From: Lytechinus pictus
Lineage: Eukaryota
Direction: 5' to 3'
Length of the DNA: 64,000 nucleotides
NCBI RefSeq assembly: GCF_037042905.1
Contig: NC_087250.1
Span: 17,114,001-17,178,000 of the forward strand
Shown here piece by piece: positions 50,662-62,671 of this stretch. The position numbers and the translations under genes are program-made. Under the pieces are notes generated by a model, which was given only the letters and a program-made list of their open reading frames with translations, was not told the DNA's origin and made no database searches. The stretch's first letter is position 1; each line of letters starts with the position of its first letter.

Positions 50662-51247
50662 AGGAGAATGAAACCCTTGAAACCAGCTGAATCTATATCA
50701 AAGAGAAAAATCAAAGAAACATATTGTTGAAAGTTTGAGGAAGATTGAATGAATAATAAGAAAGTTATGAGCATTTGAATATTGAGATCACTATAAATGC
50801 CATGTAGATACTCCCATTGGCAATGCGACCAAGATCTGTTATGTCACACACATACAACTCCCTCATTACTTTAGTACTTATTTCACTTATATTCTCACTT
50901 TTATAGAGTCTATCACAAGGTGAGGTGTTCTCTTTATGAGAGGACAAGTACAGAGGTTTCACAACATTATATCATTGATGAATCGTTTGTCATATGATTA
51001 GAATGAGCAAAAATAGATGTTTTGGGGTATATTTTCAGTGTCCAAAAGGGAGAGTTGTTCATCTGTGACATCATAGATCTTGGTCGCATTGCCAATGGGA
51101 GGATCTCCATAGCATTAGTGATCTCGACATTCAAATGCTCATAACTCTTCTATTGCTAGTCCTATTTTACTCAAACTTTTGTTGATCTTATTCTTTGATT
51201 TTTCTGCTTTCACAAAAGCTAACTTGCTCCAAGAGTTTCATTCTCCT
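50662..51247. mobile_element. Kolobok-like MITE family A
   Basis: Near-identical to 5293-5877; TGAA|AGGAG...CTCCT|TTAA. Confidence 0.88.
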
Positions 51248-52350
51248 TTAAGCTATTGAAATCCTCCAGTTCAATTGACCGTTTGTAAATTTGTTTTAGA
51301 AATTGTGCATTTGTTACATATAGAACAAGTCATATGAAACATGACCCAGATCAACATTGATTGACCCACAAAAAATATGCAAGATTTGTATTCTCAACAG
51401 GATTGGGTCATTCTGATGACTACCTTTGTTACAGTACACTGTATATTGCACTGTACTTGTTGTATTTTTTTCCACAATCTAATCTTATAATGAAAATTGC
51501 TGGTACATGTCTAACAATGTGTATTATATTGCTCCATGACATTTGCTCCGATGACAATTTCTCCGATGGAAAAATCTGCACGTTTAATATCAAAGCTAAA
51601 CATAAAACCTAACGTCCAAACCTGAATGAACCCTATTCCCTACATGTTAATGTATCTTTACATTTTTCTGAACCAGTAGTAGTATTTATTTCTGTATTAA
51701 AAACATAATTGTATACAATAAAATATGGTGGATAGCCCACATTCAGCACGACTGGCACAGCTCAAAAGAGCCCTTGGAACTAAAAAAAAGGAGCCTTGGA
51801 AATCTCCATTCATTGCACTGTTAGCTTTCCAATGTTGCAAATTTAGGCTGTAGGCCTACACTTTAGTTGTGAAAAGTAGCCACCGAAAATAAAAGCATAA
51901 TATTTTGCCTCAAGCATACCCTCTATGTACTGTAATAGTTTCCATTCTATTTCAGGTTTGTAATAGGTACTCCCCTGTTGAAATGACAGGCGGCTGGCAC
52001 TTGCAAACCTGTGATATACATGTACCATACTGATATTCCAATTCTTGGCTTTCCGGGCTTCGTCTAATAATACAAAGAATTGCGATTGGTCTGATCAACC
52101 TCAACTGTATGGAAATCCATCAGTGTAATAATTTTTCCTAAAGGAAATTTTCACAATGTCCTTTGTAAACAAAGAGAAGCACAATTAATTTTCAAGATAA
52201 CAATGAGTATGAATATACAGCATACGTAACTGGAAAATATTTTGCACAAACATGCAATTTAGATGTTGACATTGCTGGCCTTCCATACAGTAGTTGTGGT
52301 TGATCGGAATCATTGGATCAATCACATCTCTGACGGGATCTACTATGTAG

Positions 52351-52410
52351 GTTTATGATTGCTACACTGGTAATGATATGGCAGGTGCTAAAACGAGCGA
52401 TTTACTCTAA
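52351..52410 (+). pseudogene. Decayed duplicate of the start of exon 4 / possible alternative terminal exon
   Basis: AG|GTT TAT GAT TGC TAC ACT GGT AAT GAT ATG GCA GGT GCT AAA (VYDCYTGNDMAGAK) versus exon 4 VRNRYTAGDMAGAE; 29/42 nt identical; TAA at 52408-52410. Confidence 0.7.
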
Positions 52411-52437
52411 TGAAGTTATTTTTCCATTCTGTTTCAG

Positions 52438-52626
52438 GTTCGTAATCGCTACACCGCCGGCGATATGGCAGGAGCTGAGGAATCCTCTCGATCCGCCAAA
52501 AACTGGTCTATGGCTGGTCTCATCGTCGGCATCGTCCTCGAGGTCATCGGTATCATCCTCATCGTCGTCTACTACGTGGTAATCCTTGCGGCTGTCTCTT
52601 CTTCGGTAAATGATTTTTATGGCTAG
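52438..52626 (+). CDS. CD225/dispanin family protein, coding exon 4 (loop, C-terminal TM helix, stop)
   Basis: TTTTCCATTCTGTTTCAG acceptor, phase 0; VRNRYTAGDMAGAEESSRSAKNWSMAGLIVGIVLEVIGIILIVVYYVVILAAVSSSVNDFYG then TAG; GD..GA...S..AK is the CD225 signature. Not present in the supplied ORF track. Confidence 0.95.
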   Translation, partial: VRNRYTAGDMAGAEESSRSAKNWSMAGLIVGIVLEVIGIILIVVYYVVILAAVSSSVNDFYG

Positions 52627-53098
52627 TACACCATATATCTGAAACGAGACCGCCTCCATGGATCTATCTCCGCACTCGAATGCATAATTGAAACTTCTCA
52701 CTCAAAACTGGCTGTTAGAAATTAATGTTATCTTTTTTTTTTTATCTGATTTAGCCAATTTTTGGTCCCTGTCTTCAAGTATAAATACCCGGTAGAAGAA
52801 AAAAATATTCACCAGAGATATTGTGGTGAATTCTCTCAAAATTGCAGCATAGCAGAACAAATTGCCATATTTTACTTTGTTTGTATTGAATTGGGTACAG
52901 ACAATTATTATGAAAAAGTCTTTTATTAAAAAGTCATGTAGACTGTAATACAATATTGCGTGGGAGGGTTCCGTGACATTTGCTCCGGCGACAATTTCTC
53001 GGATGAAAAATCTTCACATTATCAAAGCTAAACACAAATCTAACCTCCAAAACTATTAACCCAATCATATTCTTTACTTTCTGAACCAAAAACTCTAT

Positions 53099-53405
53099 GG
53101 CCCGTATTCTGAAGTCGGGTTTAATTTAAACTCTGGTTTTAAGTTGTGGTTTAACTATGGAAGGCCAGTTGTTACATAAATCTCTAACAGTAGAGGTTCA
53201 ATGTATCTGCTCATTTGACTCCCAAAACATTATTAACTGCCTGGGAAGGATAAGTATGACAATTGTGTTCATCATGATTAGTGAAGAGCACAATTAACAT
53301 GAGATGCATTCACTGGAAACAAAATTTTGAAACGTTTGGCTTCCCATAATTTTAGCACAGAGTTAGACCATGGTTTAAGTTAAACCCGACTTTAGAATAC
53401 GGGCC
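53099..53405. mobile_element. Harbinger-like MITE in the presumptive 3' UTR, inserted into an older repeat (about 52968-53505)
   Basis: TAT|GGCCCGTATTCT...AGAATACGGGCC|TAT; the host repeat resembles 51535-51670. Confidence 0.8.
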
Positions 53406-54187
53406 TATAGGGTTTTACATGTACAAGCCTATTATAAAATCTAACCCTATGCCCTCTGAGATATGAAGACCGGAACAAATGTCGTTGGAGCAAATGTTGT
53501 GCCTCCCAGTGTACAGTGCACTTGTATACTTGCACAAACACGTACATGTACATACGACATCTCTGTAGAAAGAGTTGCATTTAATAACGCAATAAGAGAA
53601 TCAAACGCAAGTGCAAAAGTGCGCCTCGGATTGGTCGAAAATAAAGCTGTGTTTGATTATCACTCTTTCTTCAATGCTGCCGTACTTTGGCAAAAGGAAG
53701 CAAGTTTAAAAGTATCATTTGTTGTAAATGAGCAATGTGTGTTCATCATTAACATAGTCGTCAGTGCAGTTTAACAGCATATTTTCTTCAATATCCGTAG
53801 AACGATCATTTCTTCCCCAAATTTTGCCTGAACGTGCAACATACAAAGGGTGTTTCAGAAACAACAATAACTCAAATATCACTGATGTGTCACTTGCTTC
53901 CTTTTGCCAAAGTTGGGCAGAATGTGCCCCTAATGTCTCTAAATTTGTGTATTCCCCCTATTTCCTGTTAAAGGGATCCAGTATCCATAGAAAATACATG
54001 TAAAAATTCTTCCTTATTTTTTTTGTATCATGTACAATTGAATTTGTACCACGTACAATTGATTTGTACAAATTTATTCAATGCGATACAACTGAAATTG
54101 CTGTATTCCGCTGTATTTTCTTTTTGTATTGCAACTTTGAATTTTACACAATACATGTAGATGTAATTGATAGGCTGAAAGTTGCTG

Positions 54188-54198
54188 AATAAAATAAA
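54188..54198 (+). terminator. Candidate polyadenylation signal (overlapping AATAAAATAAA)
   Basis: Two overlapping AATAAA hexamers 1.56 kb after the stop; another AATAAA at 53640. Confidence 0.35.
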
Positions 54199-57039
54199 GA
54201 TTCTCTATATACATGTATATACAACTCTACAAGTAAAACCTTGTTAATGGCTTTATGGGCTGAAGATTGCTGAAAAAATAGCTTTTGACAGTGCCTGCAC
54301 TGTACACTGCAATGTACTGGGTATGAGGGGCCTACATGTTACTCTGAAGTTACCACGTCGGAGTGACTGGCTTAAATTAGAAAACATCTTTTTTTTTTTC
54401 AATGTACGTGTACTTTAGCTTAGAGGGCGTTTGAAGATAAACAACTTGCCATTTAATTTGATAATATTGCCTATTTTCTCGGCTGTACTACTGTACGTAC
54501 ACTAATGCAGGGGCGTATTCAGGATTTTGGCAGAGAGGGGCGCATGAAGGTAATTCGGAAATGGAGGGGGCGCAGGTGACAGTTCCTTAGATTTAGCAAC
54601 ATTATGGGCAATTTTCAAAATTAAGAGGGGGCGTCACCCCTCCTGCCTGGAACCCCCACTCGGAACTGTACAGTAGTGAGTATCGTAGTACTATAGAATG
54701 TATATTGGATGCTTTAAATGTAAATATGAACATGCTATTATTATCCTTATATCGTGTAGCTTGTTTGAATACTTCTCTTTTTATGATACACTGTATATGC
54801 ATGCTGTGAGCTTTAATGTGTCGCAAAATGGTTCACAATGTAATAATATGGTGACCATATAAATGTATTTACAAACTACAGTATGTACAACGTTAATGAT
54901 GTATATAATTCCATATGGGTGCATATACCAATACATATTTGCTTTTAACAAAACCCTCTTCTATTATTTTCTTTGAATAAGATATTCAGTTATGGTATAT
55001 TTGCCACTTGCCGAACATAAGGACAACTCAAAAACAAAAACAGTCTTGATTATAAAATGTTGGAATAACTGCTTTTTCATTCAACTTTTTGTTAATGGGG
55101 AGTTGCAGGAAAATATTTGCAATTTAATCGCAAATTTCGGTTGCAATTGATAGATCAATTTTAGCTATAGATAGCAAATTTTAGTAATACACTCCACTGC
55201 ACAAAGCAGCTTCTGGTTAACAGTCAATTGCAAATTGCCATCAATTACAAAACACGATCTATTAGGCAACTCCAAATAGATTTGCAAATGATTGCAAATT
55301 TCTTGCAATGCCGCCCGAAGAAGATGTCTGCACTATTAAAAGTATGCCTAATTTAATAGAGCAAATACATATCCTGCCTTGTCCAGCTTGACTGCCATGT
55401 AGCCTAGTACATTGTACATGACATGCATGGATGGTACAAAGTAATTGTTGTCCACTTACATGTAAGCGGACCATTCTTACAACTGAAAAGCTACATGTGT
55501 ATACAAATATAGCCACGATGTTAGCTGCCTAGTCTGCAGACACAGACCTTTTTTTCACAATATCGCTTTAATAGTGCATAAATGTAGAGTCTGAAGTAGT
55601 GAGACTAGGTTCACCATGTACTGTTGCTGCCTGTACCAAATGTTATGTGATTCAGACAGGGAGTTTGGAGTCTGGTCTTCGCTCAAGACGTGGTGTATAT
55701 GGTTAAAGTCTCAAACTTGAGTCTGTGCGTGCAGACTAGGTGTACATGTACATGCATGCCTGCATCACTTGTGTATGTGATCTCGAGTCCACGGATGATG
55801 GAATACAAAGAGCGTGGGCTGTTCCGGAGGGAGGATGAATGGTAGATCCCTTTTACCTGGAATGTTTAGGATGAAGGGCAAGGTCATGTGGCATGACCTG
55901 GTAAATATCAACCACCGGGAGGATGAAAAATGATATTTTGCATAAAATGACAAACCTTTTTTTTTTCATGGCTTGTACATGTCGCCTACATCATGCTTTG
56001 CATTTTTGTCAATACAGTATCAATCAGAGAGGTACATGTATACCATTCGTGTCCTTGAATATTGTATTTAGTCTGAGTAATTTTTATATATATTTTTTTT
56101 CATAATGCCTTCCATTATTTCAATGACTTGTATAATTCATGTTTTCCATACTACATCAACCAGGGGGAAGGGGGGGGGGGTACAAATACCTTGGATGTTG
56201 TGGTGTTGAACCGGATATGATGTACCATTGCATTTCAGGGATTCATAAACTTTATAATTTATGTTTTCTATATCAGATAGAAGGGCACACATTGGGATGG
56301 TCATGAGGAGGTAGAATAATGACTATTTTCATAATTCTGAATAACATTTTTTATGAATTCATGTTTTGCGTAATCCAGTGCACATGATCTAGGGGAGTGT
56401 GGAATGCCATATTGTAACAATGTTACTAACATTGTAAGATAAAGTAGGCCTATTGATTAAATTAGCCTGGGTCTTCATGTATGTTGTCTAGGCCTACTTG
56501 TACATGTAGAATGTTGGTATACAGTACATTTTGTAGTAATAACAGGATGACTAATATGGTGTTTTTTAATAATTTTGTTAACAGTTTTTCTAATTACATG
56601 TAGACCTACATTAACATTAAAACCTTTGATGAATGTATCAATTTTAAATCAAACATCAAACAAGGATATATTGTAGCTTGACAGTTTGGCAACATACTGT
56701 AAGTTGTTGGGCGTTTTTTGAATAAGGGACTCGAGTAGAAATTGACTTTCAATTGCAATGTACAGTGCATCAGCCGTAATTTTAACTATATTTTAGATTT
56801 TTTTTTCTTTTTAGCTATTGTACTGGCTCATACTGCTTTAATACAAGTGATAGCACTGAGGCTGTTTATATTCTTGCCCCCCCCCCCCCTATTTGCATTT
56901 TTGAGAAATAACAAAAGTTGTTGTTTTTTTTTTTTGCTGTTATTTTTTTTTAGAGAACCTCATGCATTTGATGTCAAAGCGCTTTGATGTTTAACGTGGA
57001 ATAACGTTCTAGAAAACACTGAAATGTCAGAAAGTTCAT

Positions 57040-57200
57040 TTTGTTTGCTAAATTGTAGTACTTCACATTTTTGTTTCCTAAATCATCATACTTCACATAT
57101 TTGTTTGCTAAACCTATGATACTTCACATATTTGTTTGCTAAACCTATAATACTTCACGTATTTGTTTGCTAAATCATAATACTTCACATTTTTGTTTGT
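57040..57200. repeat. Minisatellite, about 31-bp unit, about 5 copies
   Basis: TACTTCACATATTTGTTTGCTAAACCTATGA and variants. Confidence 0.85.
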
Positions 57201-57324
57201 TTTTCAAAGATTCGGGGCAAAGGGGCTGTAAGATAAGGAGATTCACTTTATATTTACAGAAAGCAATGATTGATTGTATTTTTTTAAGATGTATGGTTTT
57301 CAATATAATTCCATGTACATGTAA

Positions 57325-57739
57325 GGGCCACCGCACACCTTACGACTGTTCGCGATCCGATTTTGGGACAAATTGCATTTTGCTCATTTTCTGAAAATGT
57401 GAATGGAACATATCATTTTATTTGAGGTCAAAATTAATTGAAAGAATACTAATGTAACCATTTTGAAAGATCGCAAGCCTTTATTTTGGAATAAAGGCCA
57501 AATTAGGTTCAAATCGTAGTCTATCGTACGACTGATATGACGTCATTACGACTAGATATAAAATTCGCTTTTATTCTAAGCAGGATGATAGCATAGTCAC
57601 AGATTTGAACATAGGTATTCGTACGATGATTTAGAACATTACACAGTAAGATATTTCAAGTCTCAATATTAGTATCAAATTCTACTACGTTATATTCTGA
57701 AATCGGGTCGCAGACCAATCGTAAGGTGTGCGGTCGCCT
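57325..57739. mobile_element. PIF/Harbinger-like MITE
   Basis: TAA|GGGCCACCGCACACCTTACGA...TCGTAAGGTGTGCGGTCGCCT|TAA. Confidence 0.8.
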
Positions 57740-58202
57740 TAAGCTTTACTTTACAATTAATTGCATAATGTCATATGACACCCCGCCATCGGTATCAAAT
57801 TGTAAAATGAAAATTTCGTATTTTCATACTTTGCCTCTTTTTTATTTGGGAAGCTAAATTTTACTAAAGTATTTCTTTGATTGCATGCACTTTCGGTGAT
57901 CAGTTCATCAATATCTGCACTAGAGTGGATTAGAAATTTCCTTCAAAAATATTTGAGAAATTTAAAAAAAGTTAATCAATAATTAGTCAATGACTCAGTA
58001 CACTGCCTGTTTGTGTGTCATTCTGGGGAGGTGTCCATGTCCTTGCCCATACAGTGTATACGCATGGGGAAATGAGCAAATGTGCATGCATGCTGCGCTA
58101 ATAACACTAATGAGCATTGTGTTAATTACCAGCATTCGTACTTGGGCGTGAACATGACAAAATGTGGAGAAAACGGCATCGACAGTAAATCATGGCCGTT
58201 AA

Positions 58203-58812
58203 AGGTCAAGTCCACCCCAGAAAAATGTTGATTTGAATCAATAGAGAAAAAATCAAACAAGAATAATGTTTAAAATTTCATCAAAATCGGATGTAAAATA
58301 AGAAAGTTATGACATTTAAAAGTTTCGCTTATTTTTCACAAATCAGTTATATGCACAACTCGGCAACACGCATATGAGAGAGTTGGTGATGTCCTCCACT
58401 CACTATTTCTTTTGTTTTTTAATGTTTGAATTTTATTATACAATATTTCAATTTTTACAGATTTGCCACAATAAGGACCAGTTTTACTGAACCATAAAAT
58501 GTTAGAACAATTGTAATTCCCCATGTTCATGGAGGAAGAAAATTATTTCACCTTCCAATTAGGAGAAAATTAAGATATTTCATATTTCATATGATAGAAT
58601 AAAAAAGAAATAGTGAGTGAGTGACGTCATCAGTCCCCTCATTTGCATACCGACCAGGATGTGCATATAACTGTTTTGTGAAATTTAGCCAAACTTTAAA
58701 ATGTCATAACTTTCCTATTTTACAACCAATTATGATGAAATTTTTAGTGTTATGCTTCATAGATTTTTCTATATTTGTTCACATTAACTTTTTGTTGGGG
58801 TGGACTTGTCTT
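58203..58812. mobile_element. Kolobok-like MITE family B, opposite orientation
   Basis: TTAA|AGGTCAAGTCCACCCC...GGGGTGGACTTGTCTT|TTAA. Confidence 0.85.
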
Positions 58813-59783
58813 TTAAGACCCATTTTTAGCTCTGTTCAAATTATGAATGATGAATCATACAATGGTCTTTCTATATTTTTTGTCTTCGAATTTGTAAAAT
58901 TGTAGTTCTTCTCTCTAATCTTTATACATTGAATAAGATGTCCATGTCGTAAGGCATAATGTTTTTTAAAGTGATTTTAGAGTGAATTGGGGGTGAAAAA
59001 TACTTTTGGATGGACTTATAGAATGGTCTTTGAGTAATCCTTGAGATAGGTTGCTTCAGATGAGGGAATATTCAGATTAGATTTTCACTCAATATATTCT
59101 ACAAATTCATTCTGATTTACTCCTTAAGGAGTGAATTCATTCTATTACTCCAAAAAAGTGAATGCAATCTTATTAATTTAATGAAAAAGTGAAAATAAGG
59201 AGTGTGATTTAATGCTGATTCAATCCTTAGTGTTTGAACTCACTCATATCCACTCCTGAACTTGAAGGGTTTATTCAATCTTAACTCCAGAAAGAATTAA
59301 TTCCACCTTACTCTACTTTTCAAGAGATGAATCGTTCTGCAAAGAGTGAATTTAAGCACTGTATCAGTCCATAAGTGTCAAATCCCTCTTTGTGCTTGAC
59401 AGTCAATTCACTATTTATAGATTGAATTCACCTTTATTCACTCCTAAACGAATACATTTTCATTCATCTGTTATCATTTTTAAAGAGAGAGGGTATATGC
59501 CTTTGAATATATCTCAGGCCGGGTAATTTCATTCTTTCGTACTGTTCGATCGTGCCTCACTCTTTCGTATTTTCTTTTTTCGATAAAATCAAGTTTTAAA
59601 GATTTAATTGTACTTTCATACCAATTTTATGACATTGCATATTTGCAATTAAATGCATCAGATTTTATTCCCTCTGTACACATTGTGAACCAACTATATG
59701 TATGATTACTTATGAATAAAAATGTGTTTTAGTGATTTCTCGTTTTCCCCTTTTGTCATTCATGTTGTATTTTATATACTTAA

Positions 59784-60368
59784 AGATATGGTCCAGGCTA
59801 GAGATTTAATATATCTCAATAAATAGAGTAAAATTCACAGAGCAAAATGCTGAAAATTTGATCAAAATCGGATAACAAATAACAAAGTTATTGAATTTCA
59901 AAGATTTGCATTATTCCGGTAAACCAGTTCTAGGCATGTCTTTATAAATATTCACTAGGTGGGCTGATGATGTCATTGTTCTTTTGTATTTTCTATATGA
60001 AATTTAGGTTTATTCAAAAATTTTCTACCAAGATTGAAAACAATTGGATTGACAACTGATTAAGTGCATTAGTTATTTATTGCCGCAACTTATTTCTTCA
60101 TAATGGAGACACGTGTATGAAAAAATGAAACATTTATGATTTCATGTAATAACATAAGAAAAAGGAAAGTGGGGATGTGACATCATCAGCCCACCTAATG
60201 AATATTCATGACGATGTGCATATAACTGTTCTCACAAATTATTGATAAACTTAGAAATTCAATAAATTCGATATTTGTTATCCGATTTTGATAAAATTTT
60301 CAGAATTTTGCTCTGTGAATTTCACTCAATTTATTTAGATATAAATATTTTCAGCCTGGACCATCCCT
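59784..60368. mobile_element. Kolobok-like MITE family D
   Basis: TTAA|AGATATGGTCCAGGCT...AGCCTGGACCATCCCT|TTAA. Confidence 0.82.
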
Positions 60369-61428
60369 TTAACAGGGGGAGGGGACGATCACCCCCCCCC
60401 CCCCCCCCGGTGATTTTGCAAGTAGTGAAGAAGAAAGAAATAAGGGTGTCTGGAGGGGTGGGTTGTGTAACTCCTGTCATATTTTTCTCTTTCTTTCTTT
60501 CTTTCCTTTCTTTTTTTCCTTCTTTCCTTTCTTACTTTCCTTCCTTTCTTTTCTTCTTTCCTTTCTTTTCTTTCTTTCCTTTCTTTTTTTCTTTCTTTCT
60601 TTTATATTTTAATAATTTTGGTCGTGTGCCCCCCCTGGCTCCGCCCCTCTACAGATTTGAGTGTATTTCACCAATCCACCAGAAGTTTTAGTTTGGTTAT
60701 GTAAACAGATGAGGCAAATGTTTGAAGGCCACAAAAGAGCATACGTGGGATATTTTCTTTTTTTTTCTACTCAAGGAGTGAAATATTTTGCCTTTTTAAA
60801 TTGAAAATCTAATCTTGCGATAGATTTTTACATAACATCTGAACATTCAACAAGTAATGTCACATTTCACCCTTTCTGTTTTCTTTCTTTTTCCATTGGA
60901 CGTGAAACTTTTGGGGGCCAGAGGGCAACGCCCCCCCCCCCCCCAACTCTCCACTATAATAGTGAAACGGAGTAAAATTTAGTGGAGAAGGCCAACTTAA
61001 TCCCCGTTCCGGTAAAATTCTCCGAAAGCCGGATAAAGCAACCTTTTCACACTGCGCATACATACATACTTAGCCAAAATTAATCTTATCGAAACTTCCT
61101 ATGCAAATAAGAGTGCACTGACGACTCTAGTCGAAACAAAATGTCCCGAATTCGATTTCTGTTCAAATATTTGTCAATCTTTCTGGTTCTGTTCAAATAT
61201 TTGGTAATCTTCCTGGTTCTGTTCAAATATTTGTAATCTTGGTTCTGTTCAAATATTTTGTAAAACTCCCTTTCCTAACATGGCTAGTGAATTTGCATTG
61301 ACAACTCCAGTCGAAAAAAAAGATGTCACAAGTTCGATATCTGTTGTTTGTATTTTTTTCTGTTCAAATATTTTGTAAAACGCCATATGCTTATAAATTT
61401 GCATTGACAATTTAAGTCGAAACATTCG

Positions 61429-61754
61429 GGCCCGTATTCTGAAGTCGGGTTTAACTTATAAAAATGGACCCTATATGCTTAGACTACGGTCTAACTCTTC
61501 TAAAATTATGCGGAGCCAAAAGTTCAGAAATTATGTGTTTATATTGTACATTTCTTATGTTTACTATTTAGTTTCCTTTTGCTTTCATAATGAAGAAAAA
61601 TACTTCAGTAATCATTCCTAGACAAGTTTGGTGTCATATGAGTTAATAAATTGGATGTGTACTCTTAAGAGATTTGTGCTCCAATTGGCTTTCCATAGTT
61701 AAACAACAACTTTAAACCAGGGATTGATTTTAACCCGAGCTCAGAATACGGGCC
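61429..61754. mobile_element. Harbinger-like MITE within a short TTCTGTTCAAATATTT repeat region (about 61130-61795)
   Basis: GGCCCGTATTCTGA...TCAGAATACGGGCC. Confidence 0.75.
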
Positions 61755-62255
61755 ATTATGTCCAAAGTTCGACTTCTGTTCAAATATTTTGTAAACATCT
61801 TAATGAATATTTTCAAAAGAAGGTATTATGACATCAAAATATAACTAGCCGTCGCTTTGGGAAAATGGCCAATTCGTCCACTCACCACATGGTCTACTTT
61901 CATAATATAGTCTAATGCCATTCCGTCCATCAACATTTCGTTTTTAAGCATTTGGTCCAATCATCACTTCGTCTTATCACCAGTTCGTCTGTGTGACCAT
62001 TTCGTTTCATAACCAATTGGTCTAATATTCGTTTTATTTTTATTCATTTTGCCCAATTAACACTTATTCTAATTAGACCAAATGGTATAGACCTATGGAC
62101 TAAATGACTATTATATCAACCAGTGGCGGATCCAGGGGGGCACAGTAGGCCCTTGCCCCCCCCCCCCCCCCTTTAGAGGCACAATTAAAATTTTTAATGT
62201 TAAATTTTCAGAATATGGGAAATACTTGATTAGGGTGCTTTTCGAGGCTCGGTGT

Positions 62256-62590
62256 AAAAATGGCAGAGGTAAGAATGGCAGAGGTAATAATGGCAGAGGT
62301 AAAAATGGCAGAGGTAAAAATGGCAGAGGTAAAAATGGCAAGGGTAAAAATGGCAGAGGTAATAATGGCAGAGGTTAAAATGGCAGAGGTAATAATGGCA
62401 GAGGTAATAATGGCAGAGGTAAAAATGGCAGAAGTAAAAATGGCAAAAGTAAAATGGCAGAGGTAATAATGGCAGAGGTAAAAATGGCAGAGGTAAAAAT
62501 GGCAGAGGTAAAAATGGCAGATGTAAAAATGACAGAGGTAATAATGGCAGAGGTAAAATGGCAGGGGTTATAATGGGAGAGGTAAAAATG
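62256..62590. repeat. 15-bp minisatellite (GGTAA(A/T)AATGGCAGA)n, about 22 copies
   Basis: Directly visible tandem array. Confidence 0.95.
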
Positions 62591-62671
62591 ACAACTCTTG
62601 GTAAAATATGGCCAGTCTTTAAACCCCCATGCAATGAATTGTCAAAAAGCCCCCGCATGTACATACATTAA

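Noticed and set aside
52402..52701. Acidic antisense ORF and Ser-rich ORF 52355-52582
   Set aside because: Shadow frames of the ATC/GTC-rich transmembrane-coding exon 4.
55790..55930. Purine-rich, higher-GC patch that might be an exon
   Set aside because: No convincing splice sites or recognisable peptide in any frame.
62111..62664. Repetitive ORFs (LPFLP)n, (CHFYL)n and (MAEVK)n
   Set aside because: Products of a 15-bp minisatellite open in several frames; no gene structure.
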